Translations under genes and position numbers: made by a program
Notes under the pieces: model-generated
The model's input: only the letters and a program-made list of their open reading frames with translations
Database searches by the model: none
What the model was told of the DNA's origin: nothing
Source: Cytophagales bacterium
GTDB taxonomy: Bacteria; Bacteroidota; Bacteroidia; Cytophagales; Cyclobacteriaceae
Direction: 5' to 3'
Length of the DNA: 64,000 nucleotides
NCBI GenBank assembly: GCA_038320155.1
Contig: JBBQDY010000001.1
Location: 20 to 64,019, forward strand
Shown: positions 8,633 to 18,852 of the stretch, piece after piece
How positions within the stretch are numbered: the first letter of the stretch is position 1
How the letters are laid out: each line of letters starts with the position of its first letter

Positions 8633-10434
8633 TAGTAAATGAAATTTCCAGCCAATACATAATTTTCAAGGTCAAGTCGTTTTACTTCACCCCGTATGTA
8701 TTTTTCGATCATCAATGAGGCTGTACTTGCGGCAGCTCTACCTCCCCAACCTGCATTCTCTACATATACTGCGATTGCAATCTGTGGATTATCCAAGGGT
8801 GCAAATGCGATAAATACAGAGTGATCTTCTCCATGTGGATTTTGGGCAGTACCTGTTTTTCCAGCTATTACCAAGTCTTTCATTACCGCTCGGTTGGCAG
8901 TACCATAAAGTGCTGCTGCCATAGCCTCTTGAATCAAATCAAAATGCTTGGCATCGATTCCCACATCGTTTCGCTTTAGATATTCTTCAGGAATATTGCT
9001 TTTATCACCATTGATGTTTTTGACCAAATGGGGCTTATAATAAAATCCTTTGTTGGCGAAGATTGCAGCCAAGTTTGCCATTTGAAGCGGAGTGACTTGC
9101 ATTTCCCCTTGTCCGATGGAAAGCGAATAAATGGTAGAATACTTCCATCTTCCTTCTCCATAAACTTTATCATAATAAGCGCCCGAAGGAATCGAACCAC
9201 CACGTTCCCCATTCATGTCTATTCCAAGGGAAGAACCTAACCCAAATTTTTGCACTCTCTCTCGCCAATCATTGAGTCCTATCTTGGTATCCACAAAGGT
9301 ATTGGTAGACTTTTCTTGATTAATTATCTGCCGAAAAGCTTGATGATAATAGGGATTACAGGAGTTACGAATGGCTCCAAATAGATCAAGCGGAGAGGGG
9401 TGATTATGACAGGCGACTAGGGATTTGTTACAGGCAAAAGTCGTAGAAGGAAGCAAAATTCCCTCTTGGAGACCGATCAGGCTTTGAACGATTTTGAATA
9501 TCGAACCAGGAGGGTACATCGCCATTACTGGTCTGTTGAAGAGCGGCTTGCTCAATTCTGAATTCAATACTTTATAGTTTTTACTAAAATCAGCCCCTGT
9601 CAGACTATTTGGATCATAAAAAGGCGCTGAGATCATAGCAAGGATTTCTCCTGTCTTAGGTTCAATTGCTACCACAGACCCAGTTTTTCCTTGCAATAGT
9701 TGCTCCCCATACCGCTGTAGTTCCATATCAATGGTAGAAGTAATATTATTTCCTGCCACTGAGGCAGTGTCATATTCTCCCTTTTTGAAAGGGCCTTTGT
9801 CGATGCCCCTCACATTTACCATTTTATACTTTACACCTTTTTTGCCCCGTAGCTCTTTTTCATAATAACTCTCCATCCCGCTAAGGCCTACATAGTCCCC
9901 TTGAGTATAATAGTCAGAGCTGTCTCGCTCAAGTTGCCGACCACTAATCTCCCCAATATATCCCAACGCGTGGGATGCCAAAGGTGAAGGGTAAGATCTT
10001 ACCGAACGTGTCATAATAAATAAGCCTGGATAGTCAATCAAGAAATCCTGAATTCGGGCAAAATCCTGAGTGGAAATTTGTTTGATAAAGCTCGAAGGCT
10101 TTACCCATGAATATTTCCGGGCAGCAGTGTAGGACTCAATTAGTTTTTCTTTAGAAATCTGAAACAACTCCAAAAATCTGGTAGTGTCCCCAACTTGGAA
10201 TTCTTTTGGAACAATCATCAGATCAAAAATCGGATTGTTATATACCATTAGTTTTCCATGCCGGTCATAGATCAATCCTCGATAAGGGTGATCTACAATC
10301 CGTTGTATGGCATTACGCTCAGCTTTTTTCATAAAGCTGTCGTCCATGACTTGGATGGTGAATAACTTGGTCAAAAGCACCACACCAACCGCGAAAATAA
10401 ATATGAGAATGACTATTGGTCTTTGGTCGTTCAT
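8632..10434 (-). CDS. mrdA: Penicillin-binding protein 2 (elongasome transpeptidase)
   Basis: 600 aa. SxxK (PGSIFK), SxN (RNSCN) and KTGT (AGKTGTAQ) motifs, with an N-terminal TM anchor. Confidence 0.92.
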   Translation of the reverse strand: MNDQRPIVILIFIFAVGVVLLTKLFTIQVMDDSFMKKAERNAIQRIVDHPYRGLIYDRHGKLMVYNNPIFDLMIVPKEFQVGDTTRFLELFQISKEKLIESYTAARKYSWVKPSSFIKQISTQDFARIQDFLIDYPGLFIMTRSVRSYPSPLASHALGYIGEISGRQLERDSSDYYTQGDYVGLSGMESYYEKELRGKKGVKYKMVNVRGIDKGPFKKGEYDTASVAGNNITSTIDMELQRYGEQLLQGKTGSVVAIEPKTGEILAMISAPFYDPNSLTGADFSKNYKVLNSELSKPLFNRPVMAMYPPGSIFKIVQSLIGLQEGILLPSTTFACNKSLVACHNHPSPLDLFGAIRNSCNPYYHQAFRQIINQEKSTNTFVDTKIGLNDWRERVQKFGLGSSLGIDMNGERGGSIPSGAYYDKVYGEGRWKYSTIYSLSIGQGEMQVTPLQMANLAAIFANKGFYYKPHLVKNINGDKSNIPEEYLKRNDVGIDAKHFDLIQEAMAAALYGTANRAVMKDLVIAGKTGTAQNPHGEDHSVFIAFAPLDNPQIAIAVYVENAGWGGRAAASTASLMIEKYIRGEVKRLDLENYVLAGNFIY

Positions 10435-10955
10435 TGGATTCCTCTTCTTCGTTTGAAGAATAGTAGTTGTACAATAATAGCCAAAAGGACAGTAAAAGTC
10501 GAGGAGAAGAAGCTTTTGTTTAAGGCATTTAGAAATCTACCAGTACCCCATTGGTCGGTCAGAAAGAAAATTAAACAGAATCCGAAAACCAGTGGCCAAG
10601 CATAAGAAATGTACCAGCCAATTCCCATTTCTGAGATAGTTGGATTGGTAGTATCATCATATCCTCCACTTGGGCTGATGACTTTCAGCCAATGGGGTCT
10701 TAGAAATGCCAAAAAAGTTGCCGCTAAGGCATGAATCCCAAGCGTATCGTAAAACACGTCAATGAGAAGTCCCAATAGGAAACTGATCAACAATAATGGG
10801 ATAGCGGGTATGGAAGTTGGGAAACTCAAAATACTGACTAGATAGATAAAGCAGAAAGCGATTCCAAAAAGGGCAAGATTTTTCAATAGGAGGATTTGAA
10901 TCAGTCCAAGCACAATCACAAGAAAGATAAAGGTGATCAGACTTTTAAAATTCAT
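10431..10955 (-). CDS. mreD: Rod shape-determining protein MreD
   Basis: 174 aa multi-TM protein lying between mreC and mrdA. The call rests mostly on position. Confidence 0.7.
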   Translation of the reverse strand: MNFKSLITFIFLVIVLGLIQILLLKNLALFGIAFCFIYLVSILSFPTSIPAIPLLLISFLLGLLIDVFYDTLGIHALAATFLAFLRPHWLKVISPSGGYDDTTNPTISEMGIGWYISYAWPLVFGFCLIFFLTDQWGTGRFLNALNKSFFSSTFTVLLAIIVQLLFFKRRRGIQ

Positions 10956-11784
10956 TGGTCACTTCAGATTTGATATTCAAAGAATCCAGTTCTTCAAATT
11001 GGGTATTTTCTACTAAATAGACGTATCCGACTTTACTAAAATCTGTACTGAGGTCTATCAAAATATCCAGGTAATTTGGATTATCTGTATCAGAGTTGAT
11101 TTCAGAAATGACACCAATACTTATTCCCTCTGGAAATACTGCATTGAACCCTGAGGTGATCACAGTGTCGCCAACTTGAGCGTTAACATGTCTACCGATA
11201 TAAAGCAATTTAGCTTGTCTTGAATCATTGCCATCCCAATTGACTGAGCCGAAAACACCATTTGATTTTATTTTTGAAGAAACCAGCATTCCAGTATTGA
11301 GCAAAGAAATCACGATTGCATAGTTAGCAGAAACTGTTTTTACCCTGCCAACTACTCCCTCATGGTTGAACACGCCCATTCCTGGTTTAATGCCATCTTT
11401 TGATCCTTTATTGAGCGTGAGGTGATTTTGAGAAAACCGAAGCGAATTACTAACTACCCGCGAACCCCTAAATTCATAAGTCGCAGTTAGCGTCGAATCC
11501 AACTCAATTGCCATGCTATCAGGGATCATTTGGACTCCCTTAAGTGCTCCAAGTAAGGCGGCATTTTCAGTCACTAAAGCTTCATTTGCGTCAGCCAAAG
11601 AAAAAAAATCGAATACGTCTGATTGTGTCTTTAACGCAGAACCGATAATTGAATTTGAGCTATTAAAGAACGCCGCCCCCTGAGGTGAGTTGTTTTCTAC
11701 GATCAACCAGATCGCCATGACTTCGAGTAAAACAAATAATAGGAATGCCCTTAAGTTGTAGAGGAATTGGAGGATGCGTAGCAT
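10945..11784 (-). CDS. mreC: Rod shape-determining protein MreC
   Basis: 279 aa. N-terminal TM followed by a beta-rich domain (GMGVFNHEGVVGRV, GDTVITSG). Sits immediately after mreB. Confidence 0.88.
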   Translation of the reverse strand: MLRILQFLYNLRAFLLFVLLEVMAIWLIVENNSPQGAAFFNSSNSIIGSALKTQSDVFDFFSLADANEALVTENAALLGALKGVQMIPDSMAIELDSTLTATYEFRGSRVVSNSLRFSQNHLTLNKGSKDGIKPGMGVFNHEGVVGRVKTVSANYAIVISLLNTGMLVSSKIKSNGVFGSVNWDGNDSRQAKLLYIGRHVNAQVGDTVITSGFNAVFPEGISIGVISEINSDTDNPNYLDILIDLSTDFSKVGYVYLVENTQFEELDSLNIKSEVTNEF

Positions 11785-11791
11785 TCAGGCT

Positions 11792-12820
11792 TTATGTCAT
11801 CAATACGGTTCGGAAATTCTGTATATTTTTCAGTGCTGTTCCAGTACCTCGAACTACTGCACGAAGCGGATCCTCAGCAATATGAATTGGAAGCTTGGTT
11901 TTTTGATGAAGCCTTTTGTCGAGCCCTTTCAAAAGTGCTCCACCACCTGTAAGATGAATACCATTGTCATATATATCTGCTGAAAGTTCAGGCGGCGCGA
12001 TCTCCAACGCTTTCAAAACAGCCTCTTCGATTTTAGATACTGATTTGTCCAGTGCAAAAGCAATCTCAGAATAGGAGACCTTGATTACTTTCGGAATTCC
12101 AGTCATTAAGTCACGTCCTCTGATTTCATAATCCTCCGGAGGTTCGTCCAGCTCTGTAAGTGCTGATCCGATCGCAATTTTCACTTTCTCAGCAGATCGC
12201 TCACCAATGAGCAGATTATGCTGTCTTCTCATGTAATCAAGAATGTCCTTAGTGAAGGTGTCACCTGCCACGCGGATTGATTGATCAGCGACAATTCCAG
12301 ATAGTGCGATCAAGGCAATCTCTGTCGTCCCTCCTCCGATATCTACGATCATAGATCCCATCGGCTTTTCGATATCGATACCGATACCTATTGCAGCAGC
12401 GATAGGTTCGTAGATCATGTAAACTTCCTTAGCTCCGGCATGCTCAGCAGAGTCACGGACGGCTCTTTTTTCTACTTCAGTGATCCCAGAAGGGATACAG
12501 ATCACCATTCGGTGTGATTGAGGGAACAGGCCCTTCTTTTGACCAGGGATCATCTTTATAAGGCCACGAATCATCTGCTCAGCGGCATAGAAATCTGCGA
12601 TCACTCCATCCTTAAGCGGACGAATTGTTTTAATATTTTCGTGAGTTTTCTCATGCATATTCATCGCTTCGCGTCCAACTGCAAGTACGCGGTTGGTTGT
12701 TTTATCGATGGCAATGATAGATGGCTCATCTACGACAATTTTATCTTTATGAATAATCAAGGTATTTGCGGTACCCAAATCGATTGCGATATCACTAGAG
12801 AAAAAATCAAATAATCCCAT
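11792..12820 (-). CDS. mreB: Rod shape-determining actin homologue MreB
   Basis: 342 aa. IAIDLGTANT, DIGGGTTE, GIHLTGGGALL. Confidence 0.97.
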   Translation of the reverse strand: MGLFDFFSSDIAIDLGTANTLIIHKDKIVVDEPSIIAIDKTTNRVLAVGREAMNMHEKTHENIKTIRPLKDGVIADFYAAEQMIRGLIKMIPGQKKGLFPQSHRMVICIPSGITEVEKRAVRDSAEHAGAKEVYMIYEPIAAAIGIGIDIEKPMGSMIVDIGGGTTEIALIALSGIVADQSIRVAGDTFTKDILDYMRRQHNLLIGERSAEKVKIAIGSALTELDEPPEDYEIRGRDLMTGIPKVIKVSYSEIAFALDKSVSKIEEAVLKALEIAPPELSADIYDNGIHLTGGGALLKGLDKRLHQKTKLPIHIAEDPLRAVVRGTGTALKNIQNFRTVLMT

Positions 12821-12898
12821 GTTGGTGTTTTGTTTGACTGGTATTTTGGAGTTCAGGGTTTAATATAGCCTGCTTGACTATTATTAAACGGAGGTCGG

Positions 12899-12906
12899 CA
12901 AAATTA
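12899..12906 (-). promoter_or_regulatory. -7 box TAATTTTG for the mreB operon
   Basis: The plus-strand caaaatta is a perfect TAnnTTTG in reverse complement, about 80 nt upstream of the mreB ATG at 12820. Confidence 0.4.
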
Positions 12907-13069
12907 TTATCTTAAGCTGACATATCTGAAAGAATCCCGATATTTTTTCAAGAACTGGCAATTTTCCCGCCAAATATTTTGAATGGTAAGTTAGTTTCTG
13001 ATCATAATTGAGACTGAATAGGTGAAAACTTTGATTTTTAGCCAACATTGTTTTTACATTAAAATCTTT

Positions 13070-13077
13070 TACCTTTG
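13070..13077 (+). promoter_or_regulatory. -7 box TACCTTTG for rimP-nusA-infB
   Basis: Perfect TAnnTTTG. An ATTG ending at 13050 lies 19 nt upstream in the -33 position. Confidence 0.45.
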
Positions 13078-13098
13078 TGCCGTATTCGAAAGTTTCTG

Positions 13099-13127
13099 GA
13101 GGGGACCACATGTCCCCTCTTTCATTA
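13099..13127 (+). promoter_or_regulatory. GC-rich leader hairpin plus U-rich tail (attenuator-like) just upstream of rimP
   Basis: gaggggac (13099-13106) pairs with gtcccctc (13112-13119), loop cacat, followed by tttcatta. It lies between the predicted TSS and the rimP ATG at 13136. Confidence 0.45.
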
Positions 13128-13135
13128 TACCTACT

Positions 13136-13609
13136 ATGACCGAGCTAAAAAGATCGATTGAAGAACTAGTCGAGAAACATCTTCCAGACGAAAATCATTT
13201 CGTAGTGGAGGTTGCTGTTTCAGAAAAAGGGGGTAAGAAGGTTCTTAGCATTTTGGTGGACGCGGATTCGGGAGTTACGATCAGAGCATGCTCTAAAATA
13301 AGCAGAGCGGTATCGGAAGAAATTGAGGCCAAAGAATTGATGCCAGATGCATATATTCTTGAGGTCTCTTCTCCTGGAGTAGATTTCCCATTGAATAGCA
13401 AGCGGCAATTCCAGAAGAACATCGGGCGATCATTGAAAATCACTTTGAACGAAGGTGCTGAGCTTCTTGGTAAATTACTTGAAGTAAGTGACGCTGGTTT
13501 GAAGCTGGAAGTGACTAAGAAGGGAAAAGGCAAAAAGGCCGTGGAAGAGGAAGTTCAGGTTCCTTTCGAGAACATGAAAAAATCAATTGTACAAGTATCT
13601 TTTAAATAA
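13136..13609 (+). CDS. rimP: Ribosome maturation factor RimP
   Basis: The first ATG is at 13136 (MTELKRSIEELVEKHL). The GTG-extended ORF from 13022 would cover the promoter and the hairpin. LEVSSPGVDFPL motif. Sits upstream of nusA. Confidence 0.85.
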   Translation: MTELKRSIEELVEKHLPDENHFVVEVAVSEKGGKKVLSILVDADSGVTIRACSKISRAVSEEIEAKELMPDAYILEVSSPGVDFPLNSKRQFQKNIGRSLKITLNEGAELLGKLLEVSDAGLKLEVTKKGKGKKAVEEEVQVPFENMKKSIVQVSFK

Positions 13610-13614
13610 TTCAA

Positions 13615-14859
13615 ATGGATGCCAAAATCTTAATAGAGTCCTTCGCAGAATTTGCGAGATCTAAAAATGTGGATCGACCTACAATGATCCGTATCTTGGA
13701 AGATGTGTTCAGAGCGATGATTCGCAAGAAGTTTGAGACAGATGAAAACTTCGATGTGACCATTAATGCTGACCAAGGTGACTTAGAGATTTTCCGGATT
13801 AGGGAAATTGTCGACGACAATTCTGAAGATATTTGGGATTTTGATAAAATCAGCTTTACCGAAGCTCGGAAAATCGAGCCTGATTTTGAAATAGGAGAAG
13901 AAGTCTATGAGAAAATCCTACTGGAGGAGTTTGGAAGAAGAGCAGTTCAAATGGCTCGACAGACTTTGATCCAACGGATTAAAGATCTTGAGAAAGATCT
14001 CCTTTATAATAAGTATGAAGAACTCGTTGGTGAAATCATCTCAGCTGAAGTCTATCAGATTTTAGGAAGAGAGATTCTATTAATGGATCAGGAAGGAAAC
14101 GAATTGATTCTTCCAAAAGGAGAGCAAATTTCAAAGGATCGATTTAGAAAAGGTGATACTGTGAAGGCAATCGTCCACCGTGTGGATATGAATAACAGTA
14201 ATCCAAAGATTATTCTTTCCAGAACATCTCCTGTTTTCTTGGAGCGCTTGTTTGAAAATGAGGTACCTGAGGTATATGATGGCTTAATCACCATCATCAA
14301 AATTGTAAGAGAGCCAGGTGAGCGAGCAAAAGTAGCTGTTGAATCTTATGATGACCGGATTGATCCAGTAGGCGCATGTGTGGGAATGAAAGGATCAAGA
14401 ATTCACGCAGTAGTCCGTGAATTGCAAAATGAAAATATTGATGTGATCAATTACACTGAGAATATGGACTTATATGTGACTCGTGCACTAAGTCCAGCTA
14501 AAGTGTCTTCGATCACGATGAATGAGGAAACGAAAAGACTCTCTGTGTTCTTAAAGCCAGATCAAGTGTCTTTAGCTATTGGAAAAGGTGGCTATAATAT
14601 CAAATTGGCAAGCCGATTGGTAGGATATGAGATTGATGTATTTAGAGAATTGCATGAGTCCGAAGAAGAGGACGTTGACTTGATGGAATTTGTCGATGAG
14701 ATCGATGGATGGATCATCGATGAATTGAAAAAGACTGGATTAGATACCGCGAAAAGTGTATTGAGTCTGACCAAAGAGGATCTGACCCGAAGAACAGAGC
14801 TTGAAGAAGAGACTGTTGAGGAGATTTTCAGAATCCTCAGACAAGAATTTGATCAATAA
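13615..14859 (+). CDS. nusA: Transcription termination/antitermination factor NusA
   Basis: 414 aa. Contains S1 and two KH domains (ACVGMKGSRI, IGKGGYNIKLASRL). Confidence 0.97.
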   Translation: MDAKILIESFAEFARSKNVDRPTMIRILEDVFRAMIRKKFETDENFDVTINADQGDLEIFRIREIVDDNSEDIWDFDKISFTEARKIEPDFEIGEEVYEKILLEEFGRRAVQMARQTLIQRIKDLEKDLLYNKYEELVGEIISAEVYQILGREILLMDQEGNELILPKGEQISKDRFRKGDTVKAIVHRVDMNNSNPKIILSRTSPVFLERLFENEVPEVYDGLITIIKIVREPGERAKVAVESYDDRIDPVGACVGMKGSRIHAVVRELQNENIDVINYTENMDLYVTRALSPAKVSSITMNEETKRLSVFLKPDQVSLAIGKGGYNIKLASRLVGYEIDVFRELHESEEEDVDLMEFVDEIDGWIIDELKKTGLDTAKSVLSLTKEDLTRRTELEEETVEEIFRILRQEFDQ

Positions 14860-14923
14860 AATTGGAGCTTAGCTCTGATTAATTACCTATTATTACTTAG
14901 AATTTCGAAAGAGGTTTTTGCTT

Positions 14924-17785
14924 ATGTCAGAAGAAAAAATGTTGCGATTAGGCCAAGTAGCCAGGAAACTCAACGTGGGAACTGCAACCATCGTGGAGTC
15001 CCTGGCCAAAAAAGGCTACGAGGCGGAGAATAATCCGAATTTCAAAATTAATATGGAGCAGGTGGAGCTGCTCAATAAGGAATTCAAATCTTCTGCGCTT
15101 GATAAGGAAGAGGCATCTCACCTCTCGATAGGGAAGCGACATGAGCCGATTTCACTAGAGCCGGAAGTAATTAGGCCTGAACAAAAGATAGAAGCTGCTC
15201 CTGTAGAACCAGCTCCGAAACCTGCTGCTCCAACTCCAGCACCTACACCTGCACCTGCTCCAACTCCGGCGCCGGCTACCCCAACTCCTGTAGCAAAAGA
15301 AATTCCTAAAGAAGCTCCAGCTCCTGTTCCTACTACTGCTCCTGTAAAAATCGAAGCAGAAGTTCCAAAATTAGAAGGGATCAAAGTATTAGGGAAAATT
15401 GATCTGAGTAAAAACGTAGCTCAACCTCAAAAGAAAAAGCATAATCAACCGCAACAGTATAAGAGACCTGATCATTTAAAAGCTCCTGAGGCGAAAAGAC
15501 CAACGCCTCCGCAGGCACCAAAAGAAGCTCCAAAGGCTCCTCCTTTGAAGCCTGTAGTAAAGAATGAGCCTAAGCCGGAAATAAAACCTGCTCCTGAGAG
15601 AGTGGATCAAGTGATTTCAGCGAAAGCGGATTCGCTAAAGGGGTTAACTGTTTTAGGAAAGATAGAATTACCCGTAGACCGATCTAAAAAGAAAGGCGGT
15701 CCAGTTGCATCTTCCGATGAACGTGGACGAGATAAAAAACGACCTAGAAAACGAATTGATAAACCAGGAGGACCAGGAGCAAATAGACCAGCAGGACCAG
15801 GTCAAGCTCCGGGAAACCGTCCGCAAGGAGGAAACCAAGGAGGAAATCCAAGAGGAGCTCCTCGTAATGCCCAGCCAGTAAGAGTGCAGAAGGCAGAGCC
15901 TACCCAAAAAGAAATTCAGGATCAGATCAAACAGACTTTAGCCAGACTTCAAGGCAAAAGCGGGGGAAAAGGCAAAAGCCGTAGAGATAAAAAAACTGAA
16001 CGTGTTCGGGATCCTGAAACGGAAACTGAGGATGCAAAAATCTTAAAAGTAACAGAATTCATCTCTGCAAATGACCTTGCGTCTTTGATGGATCTAACAG
16101 TAAATCAAATCATTTCGGCCTGTATGTCGCTTGGAATGTTCGTATCGATCAATCAGCGTTTAGATGCTGAAGCGATTACGATAATTGCAGATGAATTCGG
16201 TTACGATGTTGAATTTACCAAATCGATCGAAGATGAGTTGGAAGCAGATGTTGAAGATCTTCCGGAAGATTTGAGTGAAAGAGCCCCTATTGTCACCATT
16301 ATGGGTCACGTAGATCACGGTAAGACTTCACTTCTTGATTACATCAGGATGTCTAAAGTGACCGCTGATGAAGCCGGTGGAATAACCCAGCATATCGGAG
16401 CTTATGATGTGACCACCAAAACAGGTCATAAGATTGCATTCTTGGATACTCCGGGTCACGAAGCATTTACCGCAATGAGAGCCCGTGGTGCGAAAATCAC
16501 CGACGTTGCCATTATTGTGATTGCAGCTGATGATAGCATCATGCCTCAAACCAAAGAAGCAATCAACCATGCTCAAGTAGCAGGCGTACCTATGATTTTT
16601 GCGATTAATAAAATTGATAGACCAAGTGCAAATCCTGCCAAAATCAAGGAAGAGCTAGCCAATATGAACCTCTTGATCGAGGAGTGGGGCGGTAAATACC
16701 AATCGCAGGATATTTCAGCCAAAACCGGTGAGGGTGTCGATGAGCTTTTGGAGAAAGTACTTCTTGAGTCTGAGGTATTAGAATTGAAGGCAAACCCTGA
16801 TAAAAATGCAGCGGGAACTGTAATTGAAGCTTCTTTGGATAAAGGAAGAGGTTATGTTTCCACCATCATGGTTCAGGCGGGCACTTTAAAAATTGGAGAT
16901 ATCATTCTTGCAGGTAAGCATTACGGCCGTGTAAAGGCAATGTTTGACCATAAAGGCAAAAAACTGAAAGACGCAGGTCCATCTACTCCTGTTCAAGTTT
17001 TAGGTCTTAGCGGTGCACCTCAGGCAGGTGACACGATTAAAGTGTATGATACTGAAAGAGAAGCTAGAGACATTGCCAACTCAAGGGAGCAAATCCAGCG
17101 AGAGCAAAGCATCCGTACTAAGAAGCATATTACCTTGGACGAAATCGGTCGCCGACTGGCTATCGGTTCTTTCAAAGAATTGAATATTATCATCAAAGGT
17201 GACGTGGATGGATCAGTAGAAGCACTTTCTGATTCACTATTGAAACTTTCTAAGGATGAAGTGAAAGTGAGCATTATCCACAAAGGTGTGGGTCAGATCT
17301 CTGAATCGGATGTCTTATTGGCTTCTGCTTCTGATGCGATTATCCTCGGATTCCAAGTACGACCTTCTTCCAATGCGAAAAAACTTGCTGAGCAGGAAGA
17401 GATTGAAATCAGACATTATTCTATCATCTACGATGCGATCAATCAGATCAAAGATGCAATCGAGGGTATGCTTGAGCCTACATTTGAAGAAATAATTACT
17501 GGTAATATCCAGGTAAGAGAAGTCTTCAAGATCACCAAGATTGGAACTGTTGCAGGTTCTTATGTGACCGATGGTTTCATCACCAGAAAAAATAAAATCC
17601 GTGTCATCAGAGATGGAATTGTAATTCACGAAGGTGAGATCGATCAATTGAAGCGATTCAAGGATGATGTAGCTGAAGTGAAAGCTGGTTATGAGTGTGG
17701 TATTTCGATCAAGAATTTCAACAACATCGAAATTGATGATACGATCGAAGGTTACGAAATGAAAGAAATCAAAAGGAAAAAGTAA
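14924..17785 (+). CDS. infB: Translation initiation factor IF-2
   Basis: ATG at 14924; the ORF track opens at TTG 14918. GTPase motifs [21 protein letters not shown]-rich N-terminal region lies at about 15170-15998. Confidence 0.97.
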   Translation: MSEEKMLRLGQVARKLNVGTATIVESLAKKGYEAENNPNFKINMEQVELLNKEFKSSALDKEEASHLSIGKRHEPISLEPEVIRPEQKIEAAPVEPAPKPAAPTPAPTPAPAPTPAPATPTPVAKEIPKEAPAPVPTTAPVKIEAEVPKLEGIKVLGKIDLSKNVAQPQKKKHNQPQQYKRPDHLKAPEAKRPTPPQAPKEAPKAPPLKPVVKNEPKPEIKPAPERVDQVISAKADSLKGLTVLGKIELPVDRSKKKGGPVASSDERGRDKKRPRKRIDKPGGPGANRPAGPGQAPGNRPQGGNQGGNPRGAPRNAQPVRVQKAEPTQKEIQDQIKQTLARLQGKSGGKGKSRRDKKTERVRDPETETEDAKILKVTEFISANDLASLMDLTVNQIISACMSLGMFVSINQRLDAEAITIIADEFGYDVEFTKSIEDELEADVEDLPEDLSERAPIVTIMGHVDHGKTSLLDYIRMSKVTADEAGGITQHIGAYDVTTKTGHKIAFLDTPGHEAFTAMRARGAKITDVAIIVIAADDSIMPQTKEAINHAQVAGVPMIFAINKIDRPSANPAKIKEELANMNLLIEEWGGKYQSQDISAKTGEGVDELLEKVLLESEVLELKANPDKNAAGTVIEASLDKGRGYVSTIMVQAGTLKIGDIILAGKHYGRVKAMFDHKGKKLKDAGPSTPVQVLGLSGAPQAGDTIKVYDTEREARDIANSREQIQREQSIRTKKHITLDEIGRRLAIGSFKELNIIIKGDVDGSVEALSDSLLKLSKDEVKVSIIHKGVGQISESDVLLASASDAIILGFQVRPSSNAKKLAEQEEIEIRHYSIIYDAINQIKDAIEGMLEPTFEEIITGNIQVREVFKITKIGTVAGSYVTDGFITRKNKIRVIRDGIVIHEGEIDQLKRFKDDVAEVKAGYECGISIKNFNNIEIDDTIEGYEMKEIKRKK

Positions 17786-17802
17786 TTTCTAATTGAAAAT
17801 GA

Positions 17803-17836
17803 TAAAAAAAAGGAACCGAATTTCGGTTCCTTTTTT
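17803..17836 (+). terminator. Intrinsic terminator after infB
   Basis: ggaaccgaa (17812-17820) pairs with ttcggttcc (17822-17830), followed by T6, with an A-run upstream. Confidence 0.85.
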
Positions 17837-17847
17837 AGTTTTGGGTT

Positions 17848-18045
17848 ATGGTAGGAGCTTTGCTGATATTCTTGAAAATCACTTTTTGGATGGCAATGAT
17901 AAGCCTTGTCTCAGGCTTGATAAAACCTGTTTATTCGCTATGGTTTTTGGATCGGATGAATCGATTGAAAGTGATAAAAATCTATGGAGTAGTTGCAATA
18001 ATACTATGCGTCATTTTGAGAATATCAGAATATTATTTTGAGTAA
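17848..18045 (+). CDS. Possible small two-TM membrane protein (65 aa)
   Basis: Begins with ATG and contains two hydrophobic helices (ALLIFLKITFWMAMISLVSGLI and IYGVVAIILCVIL). No homology recognised. It could be a spurious ORF. Confidence 0.3.
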   Translation: MVGALLIFLKITFWMAMISLVSGLIKPVYSLWFLDRMNRLKVIKIYGVVAIILCVILRISEYYFE

Positions 18046-18170
18046 GCTGTTTCTGCAATTAATGATTTTGATATACGGGAATTCCGTAAAATTTTGGACT
18101 AGATTTTTTGAGAGAGACTTGGTTTAATATTTTGATTTTTTATACATTTAGAAGCATAATAGACTCTGAA

Positions 18171-18716
18171 TTGAAGAAAACCCTTTCCATATTTCTTTTA
18201 GTATGCTTTGCCATGTATCATTTTGGCTACTATGCGCTTTATATTTCTTACGATCAGCATCTGGAGCGTAAGTGGCAGGAAATAATTTATAGTGAAACTT
18301 CAATTGAAGTGGAGGAGACGCTAATTGAAATTCCGCTTTCAGCACCCTACATGGCCAATCAGGAGGAATTTATGCCTACAAATACTTCTTTTAAAAAAGA
18401 TGGTAAATTCTATCGGGCAATCAAGCAACGCTATCAAAATGACACATTGCAGATTATTGTAGTTAGAGATACCGATCGAGGACTTTTGGAAAACTCAGTT
18501 AAAAAGTGGATTTCTTTCCTTGCAGAAGATGAAATCCCACAAGACCAGAGCAGTAACGTTGCGGTTAAGTTTTTTGCTAAAGATTATATCCAGCCTAAAC
18601 TATTTGTATTAAAGGCCTACTCGCCAACAAATAAGGACAACGAGATAGGTTACGTTTTTTTTCAGCACACAAATCCCGCTGAGCGACTAGAATCCCCACC
18701 TCCACAGTTTTCTTGA
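18171..18716 (+). CDS. Hypothetical membrane-anchored protein
   Basis: The ORF is open from TTG 18108. TTG at 18171 gives the plausible N-terminus MKKTLSIFLLVCFAMYHFGYYALY (TM anchor). No motif recognised. Confidence 0.5.
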   Translation: MKKTLSIFLLVCFAMYHFGYYALYISYDQHLERKWQEIIYSETSIEVEETLIEIPLSAPYMANQEEFMPTNTSFKKDGKFYRAIKQRYQNDTLQIIVVRDTDRGLLENSVKKWISFLAEDEIPQDQSSNVAVKFFAKDYIQPKLFVLKAYSPTNKDNEIGYVFFQHTNPAERLESPPPQFS

Positions 18717-18730
18717 TTCTTAGTTAAATA

Positions 18731-18807
18731 ATTTCATCAAAGCTCATCGAAGCTAAGTTCCATGAGCGCCTGATGAAATGTGTCCTTTATCCCCAGTCAG
18801 ACTGGGG
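18731..18807 (+). other. Two consecutive hairpins between the hypothetical gene and the OM barrel gene
   Basis: Hairpin 1: atttcatca (18731-39) pairs with tgatgaaat (18771-79), and inner stem gctcat (18742-47) pairs with atgagc (18762-67). Hairpin 2: ccccagtc (18791-98) pairs with gactgggg (18800-07). The U tail is weak. Confidence 0.4.
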
Positions 18808-18852
18808 TAATTTGATACACCTTATTTATATCCAGAATTAAAAAGACTTTAT

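Noticed and set aside
13022-13135. GTG-extended N-terminus of rimP (195-aa ORF)
   Set aside because: The extension would run across the predicted -7 box and the leader hairpin, and its sequence (MKTLIFSQHCFYIKIF...) is unlike RimP. The ATG at 13136 gives the conserved start.
15118-15384. 88-aa G/A-rich minus-strand ORF inside infB
   Set aside because: It is an antisense artefact of the Pro/Ala-rich repeat region of IF-2.
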